Shown: in pieces, positions 20,741 to 35,739 of the stretch
How the letters are laid out: each line of letters opens with the position of its first letter
Numbering within the stretch: position 1 is the stretch's first letter
Assembly: GCF_009914755.1 (NCBI RefSeq)
Contig: NC_060938.1
Length of the DNA stretch: 64,000 nucleotides
DNA from: the human T2T-CHM13v2.0 reference genome, Homo sapiens
Strand: one strand, 5' to 3'
Notes under the pieces: model-generated
The model's input: the letters and a program-made list of their open reading frames with translations, nothing else
Told to the model about the DNA's origin: nothing
Database searches by the model: none
Position numbers and translations under genes: made by a program

Positions 20741-23539
20741 CATAGAATGAGTTAGGGAAAATTTCTTCCTCTTTGATTTTTTTGAAATAGTTTCAGGAGT
20801 ATTAGTATTAGTTCTTTGTATGTTTGGTAGGAGTTGACTGTGAATCCATCCAGTCCTAGACTTTTCTTTGTTGGGAGACTTTTTATTACTGATTCAATGT
20901 TGCTACTTGTTTTTGGGCTTTTCAGGTTTTCTGTTTCTTCCTGATTCAGTCTTGGTAGGTGGCATATTTCTAGGAATTTATCCATTCCCTCAAGGTTTCC
21001 CAGTATTACCCTGATACCAAAACCAGACAAAGACACAACGAAAAATAATAATAAAACTACAGGCCAGTGTTCCTGAAAAACATAGACACCAACATCCTTA
21101 ACAAGATACTAGCAAATCAAATCCAACAACACATCAGAAAGATAACATACCATGATCACGTGGGATTTATACCTGATGTAAATGCAAGAATGGTTTGACA
21201 TATGTAATGCATGTGCTACATCACATCAACAGAATGAAGGACAAAAACCGTGTGGTCATCTTAATAGATTCAGGAAAAGCATTTAATAAAATTCAACATC
21301 CCTGCATGCTAAAAACTCTCAACAAACTGCACATACAAGGAACATACCTCAAAATAATAAAGGCCATCTACAACAAACCCATAGTTACATCACTCTGAAT
21401 GGGGAAAAGTTGAAAGCTCTTCCACTAAGCACTGGAGGAAGACAAGGATGCCCACTCTCACCATTCCTCTTCAAGACAGTACTGGAAGTCCTAGCCAGAG
21501 CAATCAAGCAAGAGAACCCAATAAAAGGCATCCAGATTAGAAAATAGGACGTCAAATTGTCCCTCTTTGCTTATGATATGACCTTGTATCTAGAAAAATC
21601 TAAAGACTCCTCCAAAAAACACAGATTTGATACATGAATTTAGTGAAGTTGCAGGATACAAAATCAATGTACAAAAATCAGTAATGTTTCTATACACCAA
21701 TGATGATTTAGTTGAGAAAGAAATTAAGAAGGCAATCCCATTTACAAAAGCTACCAAAACAAACAAACAAACAAACAAAAACAAAAAAACCCACCTAGGA
21801 ATAGCTTTGACCAAGGAGGTGAAAGATCTCTGCAAGCAAAACCAAAAAACACTGATGAAAGAAATTGGAGATTACACAAATAAACAATATGGTCATTAAA
21901 ATGACCATATTGCTCAAAGCAATCTATACATTCAATGCAATCCTCATCAAAATACTAATGTCATTCTTCACAGAATTAGGAAAAACAATCCTAAAATTCT
22001 TATGGAACCAAAAAAAGAGCTCAGATATCCAAAGCAATCCTGAGCAAAAAGAACAAAGCTATAGACGTCCCACTACTTGACTTTAAAATATATTACAGGG
22101 CCATAGTAACCAAAACAGCATGATACTGGTATAAAAATAGACACAGTTAGGGCAATGTAACAAAATGCAGAACCCAGAACTAAAGCCACATATTTATAGC
22201 CAACTGATCTTTGACAAACTCCACAGGAACTTACATTAGAATGCTTGGAAAATTGCATAGCCACATGCAGAAGAATGAAACTGGACCCCTATCTCTCACC
22301 ATATACAAAAATCAACTTAAAATGGATTAAAGAATTGAATGTAAGTCCTGAAACTATACAAATACCAGAAGAGAAAATTCTTCTGGACATTGGTCTAAGC
22401 AAATAATTTGTGAGTAAAACTCAAAAGCACATGCAACAAAAACAAAAACAGACAAATGGGGCTTAATTAAACTAAAAAGCTTATTCACAGCTAAAGAAAC
22501 AATCAACAGGGTGAAAAGACAACCTGTTGAATGGGAGAAAATATTTGCAAACTATTCAGCCAAAAGGGGCTAATATTCAGCATATGCAAGGAACTCAAAC
22601 AGCTTGACAGGAAAAAAATGATAATTCCACTAAAAAGTGGGCAAAGGACACGAATAGACATTTCTCAAAAGAAGACATACAAATGGCCAACAGGTATATG
22701 AAAAAATGCTCAGCATCACTAATCATCAGGGAAATGCAAATCAAAACCACAATGAGATATCATCTTACCCCAGTCAGAATGGCTATTAATAAAAAGACAA
22801 AAAATAACAGATGTTGGCGAGGATACAGGGAAAAGGGAGCTTGTACACTATTGGTGAGAATGTAAACTAGTGCAGTCACTGTGGAAAACAGTACAGAGAT
22901 TTCTCAAAAAACTGAAAAGAGAATTGTCATTTGCTCCAACAATCCCACTACTGGGTATCTACCCAAAGGAAGAGAAATCAGTATTTCAAATAGGCACCTG
23001 CCCTCACACGTCCATTGCAGCACTGCTCACAATAGCAAAGATATGGAATCAACCTAAGTGTCTATCAGTAGAAGAACAGATAAAGAAAATGTGGTATATA
23101 TACACAATGGATTACCATCTGGCCATAAAAAAGAATGAAATTATGTCATTTTTAGTAACACGGATGGAACTGGAGGTTATTATGTTAAGTGAAATAAGCC
23201 AGGCGCAGAAAAACAAATATCTGTTGTTCTCACTTGTATGTGGGAGCTAAACAGTTTGAACACATGGAGGTAGAGAGTAGAAAAATAGATAACAGAGACT
23301 GGGAAGGGGAGTGGGGAAGAAGGGAGAGGATGAAGAGAAGTGAGTTAAAGGTACAAACCTACAGTAAGATAGGAGGAATACATTCGATGTTTGATAGCAG
23401 AGTAGGATGACTATACTAAGAAAATGTATTGTACTTGGGTGACGGATACCCTAAATACTCTGACTTGATGACTTTGCATTATATACATATAAAATATTTC
23501 TCATGTACTCCATAAATTTGTACAAATAAAACCAAAAGT
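20741..23539 (+). mobile_element. 5'-inverted (twin-primed) L1, L1MA4-like
   Basis: 20741-~21000 is minus-strand ORF2 (MDKFLE..LPRLNQEE..LPTKKS.G.DGFT); ~21000-23530 is plus-strand ORF2 remnant and 3' UTR ending in AATAAA; TSD AAAGCCCTTCAGTC (20726-20739) / AAAGCCCTCCAGCC (23540-23553). Confidence 0.9.
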
Positions 23540-24109
23540 AAAGCCCTCCAGCCAGAGCCCACTGGGACCCACCTGTAGCTACGCAGTTTGAGCTCATTAC
23601 ATGTTGCAGAGAGAGAGAGCACGCCCTGCAGGGAAGCGCCAGGCATGCATCGGGGAGTTAGAAAGAACTCGTGCACACACAGGGCCAGAGCTGGGGGCTT
23701 GGGGGAGGATGTAAAGAAGCAGGAGATCCCTCAAGTGTGGATGCTGTCAGAACTCAGGGTGGTTCTACGATCAAGCATCTCGACAAAGCTCATCTGCTGT
23801 GGGCAGAGCAGAATGGAGAACCCGTAAAGCAGCTGCCGCCACTCACTTTTGCCAACAAAGGGACGGGCTGGGATTTTGAGGGTGGCACAGTGACCTTGCT
23901 TTTGTCTGTGTTTGGACAAAGAGTGGCCTAGCCTTGGTCTAATTCTGTCACAGTCTCAGAGACACTTGTCTGAGGTTGGTTCCTGCGAGATGGCTCCTGT
24001 CCAACAGGAGAATAACTTGGCCCAGATCAGGTTCCAGTGCTTCACGGGAGCAGAGGCCGCTTGGTTTTCTCTTCCTCACTGGTAAAGACTGAGGCCAGGC
24101 TTCAACCAG

Positions 24110-24340
24110 GTAGTGACAACTGTCACTACAGGGCACATCCTGTGCATGGCATCGTTCTAAGCATCTTAGGAACGTAGCTTCATTGAATCCTCATCCCAGC
24201 TCCACGGGGACTGTGGGGTGTTATTGCCATCCCCTCTTTACTTATGAGCAGAGGACAGAGGGGTTAAGTAACTTGCCCAGGTCACACAGCTTCCAAGTGG
24301 CAAGCTGGGATTTGCACTCAGGCCCTCCGGCTCCACAGTC
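24110..24340. mobile_element. MIR SINE
   Basis: ttgaatcctcatccc...ttacttatgagcagagg...taacttgcccaggtcacacagc...gggatttgcactcagg. Confidence 0.7.
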
Positions 24341-24477
24341 TCAGCCCACTGAGAGGATGAGAGACCTGGGGGAGTGGCAAGGACCTGGGGGTCCCTCCTC
24401 AGCACAGCCCAGGGTAGCTGGAGGTGGAGATGTGAGACTGTGTTTGGAGCACAGGTTAGAGGACCTGAAATCCCAGG

Positions 24478-25090
24478 TGTGCTTGACCAAATAATAGCCC
24501 CAAAGATGTGCACGTCCTAATCCCCAGAAGCTGGGGACAGCCTCAAATATGTCCACATCCTAATCCCCAGAAGCTGGGGACAGCCCCAAAGATGTCCATG
24601 TCCTAATCCCCAGAAGCTGGGGACATGCTGCTTTGCTGCTTTACAGGGCTAAAGGGACTTTGCCAATGTGCCTAAGTTAAGGATCTTGTGACTGGCATAT
24701 GATCCTGGACTACCTGAGTGGGCTCAGTGTAATCACAGCATCCTTATAAGAGGGAGGCAGGAGAGCGAGAGTCACAAAAGGGGAAGGAGATCAGGCAACA
24801 GCGGTAGAGGTCAAGAGACAGACTGGACGATGCTATGCTGCTGGCTTTGAAGATGGGGGAAGGGGCCATGAACCAAGGAGTGCAGGTGGCCTCTAGCAGC
24901 TGCAATGGTAAGAAAAGGAATTCTATTCTAGGCCTCCAGAAGGAACGCAGCCCTGCCAATGCCTTGGTTTTAACCCGGCGAGAACCATTTTGAACTTCTG
25001 ACCTCCAGATCTGTAAGATAATAAATTCGTGTTGTTTTAAAGCCACTAAATTTGTGGTAAGTTTTACAGCAGCACAGGGAAAGTTATACA
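24478..25090 (+). mobile_element. MLT1D-like MaLR solo LTR with an internal 3x43-bp tandem repeat
   Basis: TGT...ACA termini; 5-bp TSD CCAGG (24473-24477, 25091-25095); MLT1 consensus motifs. Confidence 0.85.
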
Positions 25091-26835
25091 CCAGGCTTCA
25101 AATCCACAGGACCGAGGACCACTCGGGGCACCCCCTTCCTGCTGGATCTACCACTGCCCAAGGCTAAGTGAAAGGAAGGATTGGGAAGACCCTCCTACCC
25201 CACCTCCCGACCGGGGCCACCAGGGTCATAGGATCGGGGCTCCAGGTCCAAGCTTCGGTGCCATCCAGAATGCAATATCAACAATCACATGGGGGTTGGT
25301 GGAAGCCGACAGTCACAGAGCGCCTTGTGCTGGGTGCTGCTCACGCAGTCATCCATCCTCCACCCTGCCCTCTGGGGGCGGGAACTGGAATCAAGCCTGT
25401 TGTCAGAGGGCTTCCCCGGCGTGCCCAGAGTGGAACGGCTGGTGGCTGGACCTGGCCCCAGACTTGTCTCACTGGCTTGAGCCCATGCTTTTAACCACAG
25501 CTCCACATGGGCCCCTCAAGCTGGGTGTTTGCCTTTGTCTGGTGGGGTGGAGGGCTTACCTGCTTACTCCCCAACTCAGCAAATGGTGACTGTCCCCCGT
25601 TCCCCTCTGTGCCTGGCTCTAGGCTGGGCCCTAGGCACAAGAACCTTGGCAGGTTGTGCAGGCAGGTGCTGAGAGGGAGGAAGAGTCCACCCCAAACCCA
25701 GGAACGGTGCCAGGGGAGGAATGGCTTCACTAGACACCAGGGTGGAGAGGTGACATCCTAGGCAGAAGGAAGAGCACATGCAGAGGGGCTGATCTGTACA
25801 ATGGCACAGCCTCTGTGAGGAGCTGGGATGTGCCTGGAAGGACTGGGGCTCAGGTTTTAGGGAGGGAGAAGCTTGAAGCTGGACACAAAGCCAGGGCCAG
25901 TTGTCATCACAAACATATATGGCCAATGCTGGGCCCAAAGACTGGTAACGTTCCCTTCAGACCATCTGACTTACTCAGAAGCCCCATTTTGTGGAGCCCA
26001 GAGAGGTGACCAGGAAAAAAACCTGCTCTCTAGGGGAAGCAACTCCTCACTCTGCCCGGCGACATCCACAAACCAACCCACTTCCACAGAGCTTTCCCGT
26101 CCCGACTAGGGCCGGGAGAGATGAGCCTTCTCACTCCTTTGCTTATTTGTTTTTCACTGATAAATAAATACTGGATATATTTATCATGTATAACATATTG
26201 CTTGGATATATGTATACATTGTGGAATGGCTAAATCAAGCTAATCCACATATGCATTACCTCACATACTTATATTTTTGTAGTGAGAACACTTAACATCT
26301 ACTTTCTAAGCAATTGTCAACGACACAATGTGTTGTTGTTAACGATAATCACCATGTTGTATAACAGATCTCTTGAACTTATTCCTACAGTCTGAATGAA
26401 ATTTCGTGTTTTCTGATCCACATCTTCTAAATGCCTCCACCACCAGCCTCTGGTAACCACCATTTTACCCTCTACTTCTGTGAGTCTGGCTCTTCTTGAT
26501 TCCACATATAAGTGAGATCAGGCAGTATTTGCCTTTCTGTGCCTGGCTTATTTCACTTCACATGACATCCACCAGCTTCATCCATGTTGTTGACGATGAC
26601 AGGATCCCTTTCTTTTTTGAGGCTGAATAATACTTCATGGTTTATATATACCACATTGTTTTTATTCGTACACTGATGGATACTTAGGTTGATTCTATAG
26701 CTGGGTTATTGTGAATGGTGCTGCAATGCACATGAGAGGCCAGATAACCTCTTTGACATCCTGATTGCATTATATATATATATACACACACACATATGCA
26801 CACATACACAAAAGTGGGATTGCTGGATCCTGTGG

Positions 26836-27537
<702 letters not shown>

Positions 27538-28792
27538 TGTGGTAATTCTGTCTGCAGTTTTTGAAGAGTCTCCATATGTTTTCCACAATGGCTGCACCAA
27601 TCTACATTCCCACCAAGAGTGTGCAAGGGTTTTCTTTTTCCACATCCTCACCGAAACTTGTTATCTTTCATCTTTTTGATAATAATCATTCTAGCAGTTG
27701 TGAGGTAGTAGCTCATCATGGTTTTAATTTGTATTCCATTGATGATTAGTGGTGTTAAGCATTTTTTCATATATCTGTTGGCCATTTGTATGTCTTCTTT
27801 TGAGAATTATCTATTCTGATCCTTTACCCATCTTTGAATCAGGGTATTTGTTTTCTGGCTGTTGAATTGTTTGAGTTCTTTATATATTTTGGGTATTAAC
27901 CCTTATAAGTTAGAGGGCTTGCAGATATATTCTTCCATTCCATAGATTGTCTCTTCAATCTGCTGTTTCCTTTGCTGTGCAGAAGCTTTTTAATTTGATA
28001 CAATCCTATTTGTCTATTTTTATATTTGTTCCTGTTGTTTTGGGGTCATAGCCAAAGAATCATTGCCCAGATCAATGTCATAGAGCTTTTCCCTTATGTT
28101 TTCTTCTAGTAGTTTTACAGTTTTGGGTCTTATGTGAAGGTCTTTAACCCATTTTGAGTTGATTTTTGTATATGGTGTGAGATGAGGGTCTAACTTCATT
28201 CTTCTGCATATGGATATCCAACTTTCCCAATGCCGTTTTTTGAAGAAACTGTCATTTCCCCATGTGTGTTCATGGCATCTTTGTCAAAATTCAATTGACC
28301 GTAAATGAGTGAATTTTTTTCTGGGGTAAACATTCCCATTCTGAGGGTCACACCTGCAAAGGGGCTGCAGGGCAGACACGTACTGGAGCCCTGGGATTCA
28401 GGCAGCCCTCTCTTCCCATGTAGGGTCATGGCTGGAGATATCCTGGGCTCCAGAAGACTGTAGAACTAATGGGTCAGCACAGGATGGGTGTGGGCAGTTC
28501 CCGGGCTGGTGGATCCATGGCAGGTGCTGAGGGGGAACTTCAGGGACCCTGGCACTCAACTGCCCACTGAGGTGGCCATGCCAAGGAGCTGGGTCAGCTG
28601 GGTTGGTAAGCTTTCTTGGTCCAAGGAGGACTGTGAGGCTTTCTGAACTATTTTGGGATGGGGAAACTGTGCTCATAGCAGATGGGGCTGGAGAGGTGGG
28701 TAGGGGTCGAGTGTTTCTGGGAACCAAAAAGGACTGTGACATATGCACGCTTTCCCACCCAGGAGTTCACTCCAGATGCTGTTGGGGTATGA

Positions 28793-28841
28793 GTGTGTGT
28801 GTGTGTGTGTGGGGTGTGTGTGTGTGTGTGTGTGTGTGTGT
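28793..28841. repeat. Interrupted (TG)n microsatellite
   Basis: TG runs split by GGG. Confidence 0.95.
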
Positions 28842-30670
28842 TGCAGGGGTAAGGGTGGGTGAGGGGGCAGCAGAGAGTCCATACAGATGATTCTTCCCCT
28901 GTCCAGGTAGAGATGGAGTGACTGGATCCAGGAGACTAAAAGAAGCTGGCGGATCCATGCACTGCTGAGATAAGAGAAATGATCCACTCGAAGTGGATGC
29001 TGGGGCCTTAGGGGAGTAACGCAGGCCAGCGGCTGGCTCCTGGCTTGGTCCCTAAGTGCACTCTGGAGCTATTGGTGAGAGGAGGAAGCAGCAGGAGGGA
29101 CAGGTATGGGGAGCTGACGATTAACTCATGGCCCTCCTTGTTCAGCAGGTAAGTGTGAGAAGGCATCAAGGCCAGGAGCCCCTCCTCTGGGTTTGCTTCT
29201 GCAAACCTAGTCCAGTCCCTTGCGATTAGGCCCCCTAGTGCAGAGATGGTGGCAGTGGCCAAGCAGCCTGGACTTGGGCTGGGGGGCAGAGTGGAAAAAC
29301 TGGGGTGAGTGTCCCCGTTCATTGTCATATCACATCACTGTTAAAGAGTTGTTTGCTCAGATAAACTCTCTAACAGTGGGGGTCCATAAAGCACCACTGC
29401 ACATGGCTTTGACCCTGGAGCAACGTGCAGGAGGCAGTGTGGACACCAAGTCCTGCTCACAGGCTCAGCCCTGAAGGCAAGAGGCTCAGCCCTGGACACC
29501 CGCTGTGTGCTTCCAGCACTACGGCCTTTGGAGACTTGTTTGGCACCCATCAAAAACCACAAGAAGATTGCCAGTGGTAAAACATCACATAAACATTGCT
29601 TCTTGCAAAATACTGGAAATAACAATCCCGGCATTACCAAGCAGTGAAACAAGGCCTATGTATGGTGCAGAGCCCAGGGCTCGCCGCATGGCATGTCCTG
29701 CCAGCCTTGAGCTCCTGCCCTCTGTGGCCAGATTCCTCAATGGCCACTTGGAGCAGGGAAGGGAAACAGAGACCAGGGAACCCAGGGGACAGGAATCTCT
29801 TTCCCTTTCTGCCAGTAGGAAGTGTTTATGGCCCAGAACTGACCTGAGCCTGGCGAGCTCACGAGCTACCGTGGCCAGTAGGCCTTTGCCTTTGGGGTGG
29901 AAACCATGCTTGGAATCTGCTGGGTGATCAGGACCAGGTTCAAGGATGGGCCCTTGGCCTTGGTGAGCAGAGGCCCAGAGGCCTGGGCCTGGCAGGGCCT
30001 GGCAGGGCCTGGCAGGACACAGAGCCCGCTCCATCTCAGGCATTCTTGGAGCTTTACGCCGGAGAGTGCTCTCACATGCTGTGAGAGGGGAGTCCAGGGG
30101 AGTCCAGTGTAGGCATTTCTCTATCTGTTTAGCTCAGGTGCAAATGGCACCCATTCAGAGGTGAAGGTTCTTGCCCAGGGCCACAGAGGAAATGGGGGGC
30201 TCCTATCCTGTGCCCATCAGCCCCTCGCTGCACTTTGTGCACTTTAGTGGGCATGACTGGGAGATTCTGGGAAGCCGCATGTGGCAGGAATTCTCTGCCA
30301 TGAAACAGAACCAAGTGCTAAGTGGTCCTTGCAGAGAAATTAGATGACATGGATAAGGAAAATTAGAAGCACATTGAAGAATTAAATCGTTTTGAAACCT
30401 GCCCCTCCCTGTCTGCTTCTTCTTCCCAGCACTCAGCAATATTCTTGGTTAATGTGAAGTTACAGCCACATTTATTTTCTTAACTGACAAGTAATAATTG
30501 TATATATTTATGGGGTATGATATGTTAAATTAAAACAGAGACTAGGCCTGAAGAATTCCTGAGCAAACAAAACCACTTAGGTCTCGTAAGTGACCTGAAC
30601 CTTGCTTGATTTGCAACCATAAGCAAAACTTAAGCTATTTCTTGAAAATACCTGTATTGAAGAACAACAG

Positions 30671-30975
30671 AGTGGCTCACCCCTGTAATCCCGGCACTTA
30701 GGGAGGCCAAGGCGGGTGGATAACCTGAGGTTGGGAGTTCAAGATCAGCCCGGCCAACATGGTGAAACCCTGTCTCTACTAAAAATACAAAAATTAGCCC
30801 GATGTGGTGGTGGGTATCTGTAATCCCTGCTACTCAGGAGGCTGAGGCAAGAGAATTGCTTGAACCCAGGGGGGTGGAGGTTGTAGTGAGCCGAGATCAC
30901 GCCTCTGCACTCCAGCCCATGTGACAGAGTGAGATTCCATCTCAAAAAAAAAAAAAACAAAAAACAAAAAACAAA
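30671..30975 (+). mobile_element. AluS inserted in the 5' LTR
   Basis: Slightly 5'-truncated dimer with an A/AAAC tail; absent from the 3' LTR. Confidence 0.93.
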
Positions 30976-31600
30976 ATTTAAGCTCAGCCAACTGGAAGTA
31001 GCCAATAAACTAATAATTATATAACTAAGGAGTTTCCAACTGGATAAAACAAATATGGCAACAGTTTAACTGTAACCAATCAAATACTTGCTTAACTTCT
31101 GTGTCCATCCTTTAAAAGCCCTCCTTTTGCAGTTCCTCAGTGGAGCTCCTAAACCACTCTTGGTTTGGAGCTGCCTGATTCATGAATTGTTGTTTGTTCA
31201 AATAAACTCTTTAAAATTTTATTGTGCCTCAGTTTACCATTTTAAAAGTTTGGTGTTCAGAGTGGGAGCTAAAGGAGACCCCTGACAACTCCCAGGAGCA
31301 ATGAATAACCAGACACAGGCACCTACTGGACCCGCTGTGGCGATCGCAGGGTAAGCCTCTCTTGGATGTTGAGCTTTGCAACTTGTATCCTGAGCTGTTT
31401 GACTTCCTTTGAACAACTTTTATTCTGGAGGTCAAACTGGGTCTGATAGGGACTGGACTAGGTCCAGGGTAGTGCTCTGTTTCTGGGATAGGCCTGGAAT
31501 CCAAGTTGGAATCTGGAGGTCAAACTAAGTGTTCAACAAAAACTGGATTGGATCCAGTTGAAAGCCTCAGGTAAGTAAAGTTTTAGAAAAACAAAGTATT

Positions 31601-31800
31601 ATGGGTTCTTCAGAATCTGAGAGGCCCAGGACTCCTCCATTTAGAACTCCAGCTAATTTTGTGTTTGAAACTATGAAACTATCTAGGGACCCAGCATCTG
31701 TGCCTTTCTAGAGAAATGGATGCAACTCAGGAAGATAATTGAAACTTAGAGTGATCATATTGGGGAAACTTTTATTCTAGATGTAATTATTTGTCTATGG
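31601..31800 (+). pseudogene. Retroviral gag (matrix) relic
   Basis: ATGGGTTCTTCAGAATCT encodes MGSSES (MGxxxS myristoylation pattern); frameshifted downstream pieces read CAFLEKW and YWGNF. Confidence 0.55.
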
Positions 31801-31848
31801 GTACATTTTTAAAAAGTGATCCCAAATGCCTCGGAAACAATGAGATAC

Positions 31849-32147
<299 letters not shown>

Positions 32148-32916
32148 GAGATACATTTTTGATTGGTATACAGAGGTTTCCAAAAGACAGAATGACTCAA
32201 AAAATAATCTCTCTAAAGGAATCTCTACAGCACACTAATAAAAAATTATTCTGAATCTACTAACCTCTTTAATAGTCTTTAGTCTTGCTTCTTCCATCTG
32301 AATCTCCTCAACACTAACTTCCTTAAAAAATTAGATCCTTAAATGAACCAGTTGTACCTGCAACAACTAAATTTAATTCTTGGTCTTGCACACAACTCTG
32401 AGCTATTATAAAAGCAACCACCTAAGGCTAAAACAGATAAAGACTCACTGGAAATAGACTGGATATCTCCTCCGTTACTCACCTATAATTCAGTCTACAG
32501 TCTTATTAAGACTGACTCCTGATAAGAGAGGAATATGCCCCAAAATTCCTTATGAGAGAAAACTTCACGTCCTTTTCCTCTGCCTTTGAGATGTCTAAAT
32601 CTTTGAAATGCAGACTTCAGGGAAATGACTCATCAGAAGGAAAGCATAAAGAGAAACTTTTTAGAAATAAATGGTAAATGAAAAATCTTAAAAGTCCTTT
32701 TCACAAATATTAATAAAAGGCTTTAGCCATCTGAGCAGGTAACTTTAACTGCCAGAGACACAATTTGGATCCAACTAGTGAGTTTTATATTATTATACCT
32801 GAAATGTGGCTAAAATGACAGAACAGACTCCATGAATCTCTGTTTGCATCTGCCTGTATCTTTATGTATGGCTATATATATACATATATACAAAATATAT
32901 GCATATATATATATGA

Positions 32917-33515
32917 AAATCAGTAGTATTTTTATTTTTTAAAGATTAAAGTCATTAGGAACTTGAAAACCATTGGGGTTAATTCCTTTCTCTTCTGAGA
33001 AAATACTATTTTATTCATGCACTTATTTTTTCTTTAAACAAATTAGATCTCTTTCAATATTATTTCTAACAATACCATCCAGATATATCATTTCTAATAA
33101 TAACATCCACATATGTAGAATAATATTACATATAAATTATTTGTATGTCTGGCCATATACATATAGACAAACATACATATAAATAATTTATATGTATATA
33201 TACATATAAATGTATATAGGCATATATGTAATTTATATGTATGTATACACATATATAGCCGTACATATATGTATATAATTTTATGTAATATTATTCTGCA
33301 TATAATGATATTATATATGGATGTTATTATTAGAAATGATATATCTGGATGGTATTCCTAGAAATAATATTGAAAGAAGTCTGTTTAGTTTGTCTAAAGG
33401 AAAAGTAAATTCATGTATAAAATAAGTATTTTCTCAGAAGAGAAAGGAACTAACCCCACTGATTTTCAAGTTTCTAATGACTTTAATCTTTAATAAATAA
33501 AAGTATTTGTGATTT
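32917..33515. repeat. ~600-bp imperfect palindrome (inverted duplication)
   Basis: For example AAAGATTAAAGTCATTAGGAACTTGAAAA (32941) pairs with TTTTCAAGTTTCTAATGACTTTAATCTTT (33463-33491); symmetry continues to a ~4-nt loop near 33206-33209. Confidence 0.93.
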
Positions 33516-34733
33516 AGTTAAAAAAGTATATTCCATCTAGCTTTACTAGTTGAATAAGCTTATGTCATCTTTGTTACAAAATTTGTCAACAAGAAAAATA
33601 ACATGAGATGACAGCTACTTTTATTTAGTGTTATAATATGTCTAAAAACAATTTCCAACATCTTCTTGATAACTTGAAACCTTAAAACTATACTAAGTTA
33701 AATTAAGTGGTAGGTATTCATTAAATATCTAGACCATTTCCAAATAATACAAACTGCTAAAACATTAATTCCTGAACATAAGTTTAAGCTTACATATCTT
33801 TTGCTTCTTATTAGGAGGAATTAGAGGTATCTGGGTTTACTGGCAGGCATGTCCAGTGCTATGAAGAAACATATGCTATTTAAAAATTATGAAATTGTGC
33901 ACTGTCTGATTTTCACTGGATATAAAGTTTAGTAAGTGTTAAGGATCTTAATTAATATACGTAATTAAAACTACTATAAATAATAAGGATGAAGAAAACA
34001 AGTGTATATGAAAAATATACACACAAAATGGATACTTTAATAATATGTTAAAAATACCTTAATAAGGAAAAGTATACAAGGTATGTGTTTTCATTAGGGG
34101 AAAAATAATAATTTTGTCTTAAAGCAAGGTGGCTGACTGTTCCAGAAGGAAAAGGAAGAAAATGAGTGAGACAAAAACTAAATGATATAGAAAGTTGTAG
34201 GTCTGTGAAAAGGGAGTTTTATTAAGATTAGATAAATTTTATTTCTAACGGTTAAAAAATAAGCTAAGTAAATACTAATACAAAGCTAGAATTGGGTTCT
34301 CTCTGTGGTAAAAGGATGAAGTTTTCTTGCAATATTGGTCTGTTGTTGATTATAAAATGTTTTTTCTTTACCCTTTAAGTAATTGGCCCAGAAAACAAAC
34401 ATCTTGTGTTTTATCAAATAATTTCTTATGCCACATGTAGTCTTTTATTAGGTCTTAGATTGTTTCAGAAAAGTGAGTCTTTTTAAGACTGAAAGAGCTA
34501 AGTGTTTTGTTTTTTTTTTTTACAACTATGTAGTTTTCTGCATTTGCCTTCAAAATCGTTTGTCATTTTGGTATTGTTTCGCAGTGACCTATGATCCTAT
34601 TTAATCAAATGTTTGAAACTTTCTGACATTTTTGATAGCTTCCTAAATCAAATTCTGAATTAAGTCTTTTTGACCTTGAATTAGCTTTGGGAGTTTCCAG
34701 AAGGGTCCCTAGAATATCTCAGAAGAATTTTTC

Positions 34734-35017
34734 GGCTAAGCATGGTGACTCACGCTTGTAGTCCCAGCACTTTGGGAGGCTGAAGTGGGCAGATCGCCTT
34801 AGCCCAGGAGTTCAAGACTAGCCTGGGCAACATGAAGAAAAACCAGTCACTACAAAAAATACTAAAATTAGTCAGGCGTGGTGGCATGTGCCTGTAGTTC
34901 TAACTGAGATGGGAGAATTGCTTAAGCTTGGGAGGTCAAGGCTGTAGTGGGCAGTGATCGCACCAGCGCACTCCAACCTGGGTGACAGAGTGAAATCCTG
35001 TCTCAAAAAAAAAAAAA
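34734..35017 (+). mobile_element. AluJ
   Basis: Diverged dimer with J-type positions; TSD AAGAATTTTTC. Confidence 0.9.
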
Positions 35018-35739
35018 GAATTTTTCTCCTTTATAAAAATAAATATTAAACTAATTAGGCTTATTAACTGTAAGAGAGGCATTGCTAAGTAATAAGCGAT
35101 GCTAAACCTTCTTAAATTTATATTTTAATTTATACCAATTTGTTGATATGAGTATTACAGAAATTGTATGAAATTGCTAAAAATCTGATATGTCCTAATA
35201 TAGTGTTATCTATTATAATTGTGATTATTATCATAAAATATTAGATGTCACCAAAATAACCACATTTTCTTATCAGTTGCATGATAGGAAATTTCAAGAG
35301 AGTCATGAAAAAGACTGACAAGTACAGGTTTCTGATAATGTTAAGATCATACTATTGGACTGGGTGAGAATTTCCGGAACTGTAATGAAAAACTGATGGA
35401 TTCATAAAGCTGCTAACCCAATATCAAACAGAACAAAAATTAATTACATGGGATCAAGTTAACTGAAGATAATTATAATCTCTATGACTGTTTGTTGGAA
35501 ACATTGCTTGTTCTTCAATGCCTTTGTATTTTAGATTTAATAAACTCCTTTTCTCTTTTCTCTTAAGCTGTCTAAAAGTTATAGCGGTGATAAAATATAC
35601 TTTTGTAAACAAAAATGGAGCATTTATTTTTTTCTCCATACCTGATTCCTCCAGAATTTGGGGAACTCATATTAAATATTTTTATTTTCATGGCAATATG
35701 GGTGTTTGCTTAGGTTCAATAAGAATCTGTGCTCCTTGA

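Noticed and set aside
21195-23250. ORFs resembling reverse transcriptase and its C-terminal domain
   Set aside because: Fragmented L1 ORF2 with stops and frameshifts; not a functional CDS.
25362-25379. CTCF-like motif (also near 15360 and 29230)
   Set aside because: Partial matches are frequent in GC-rich DNA and cannot be supported without ChIP data.
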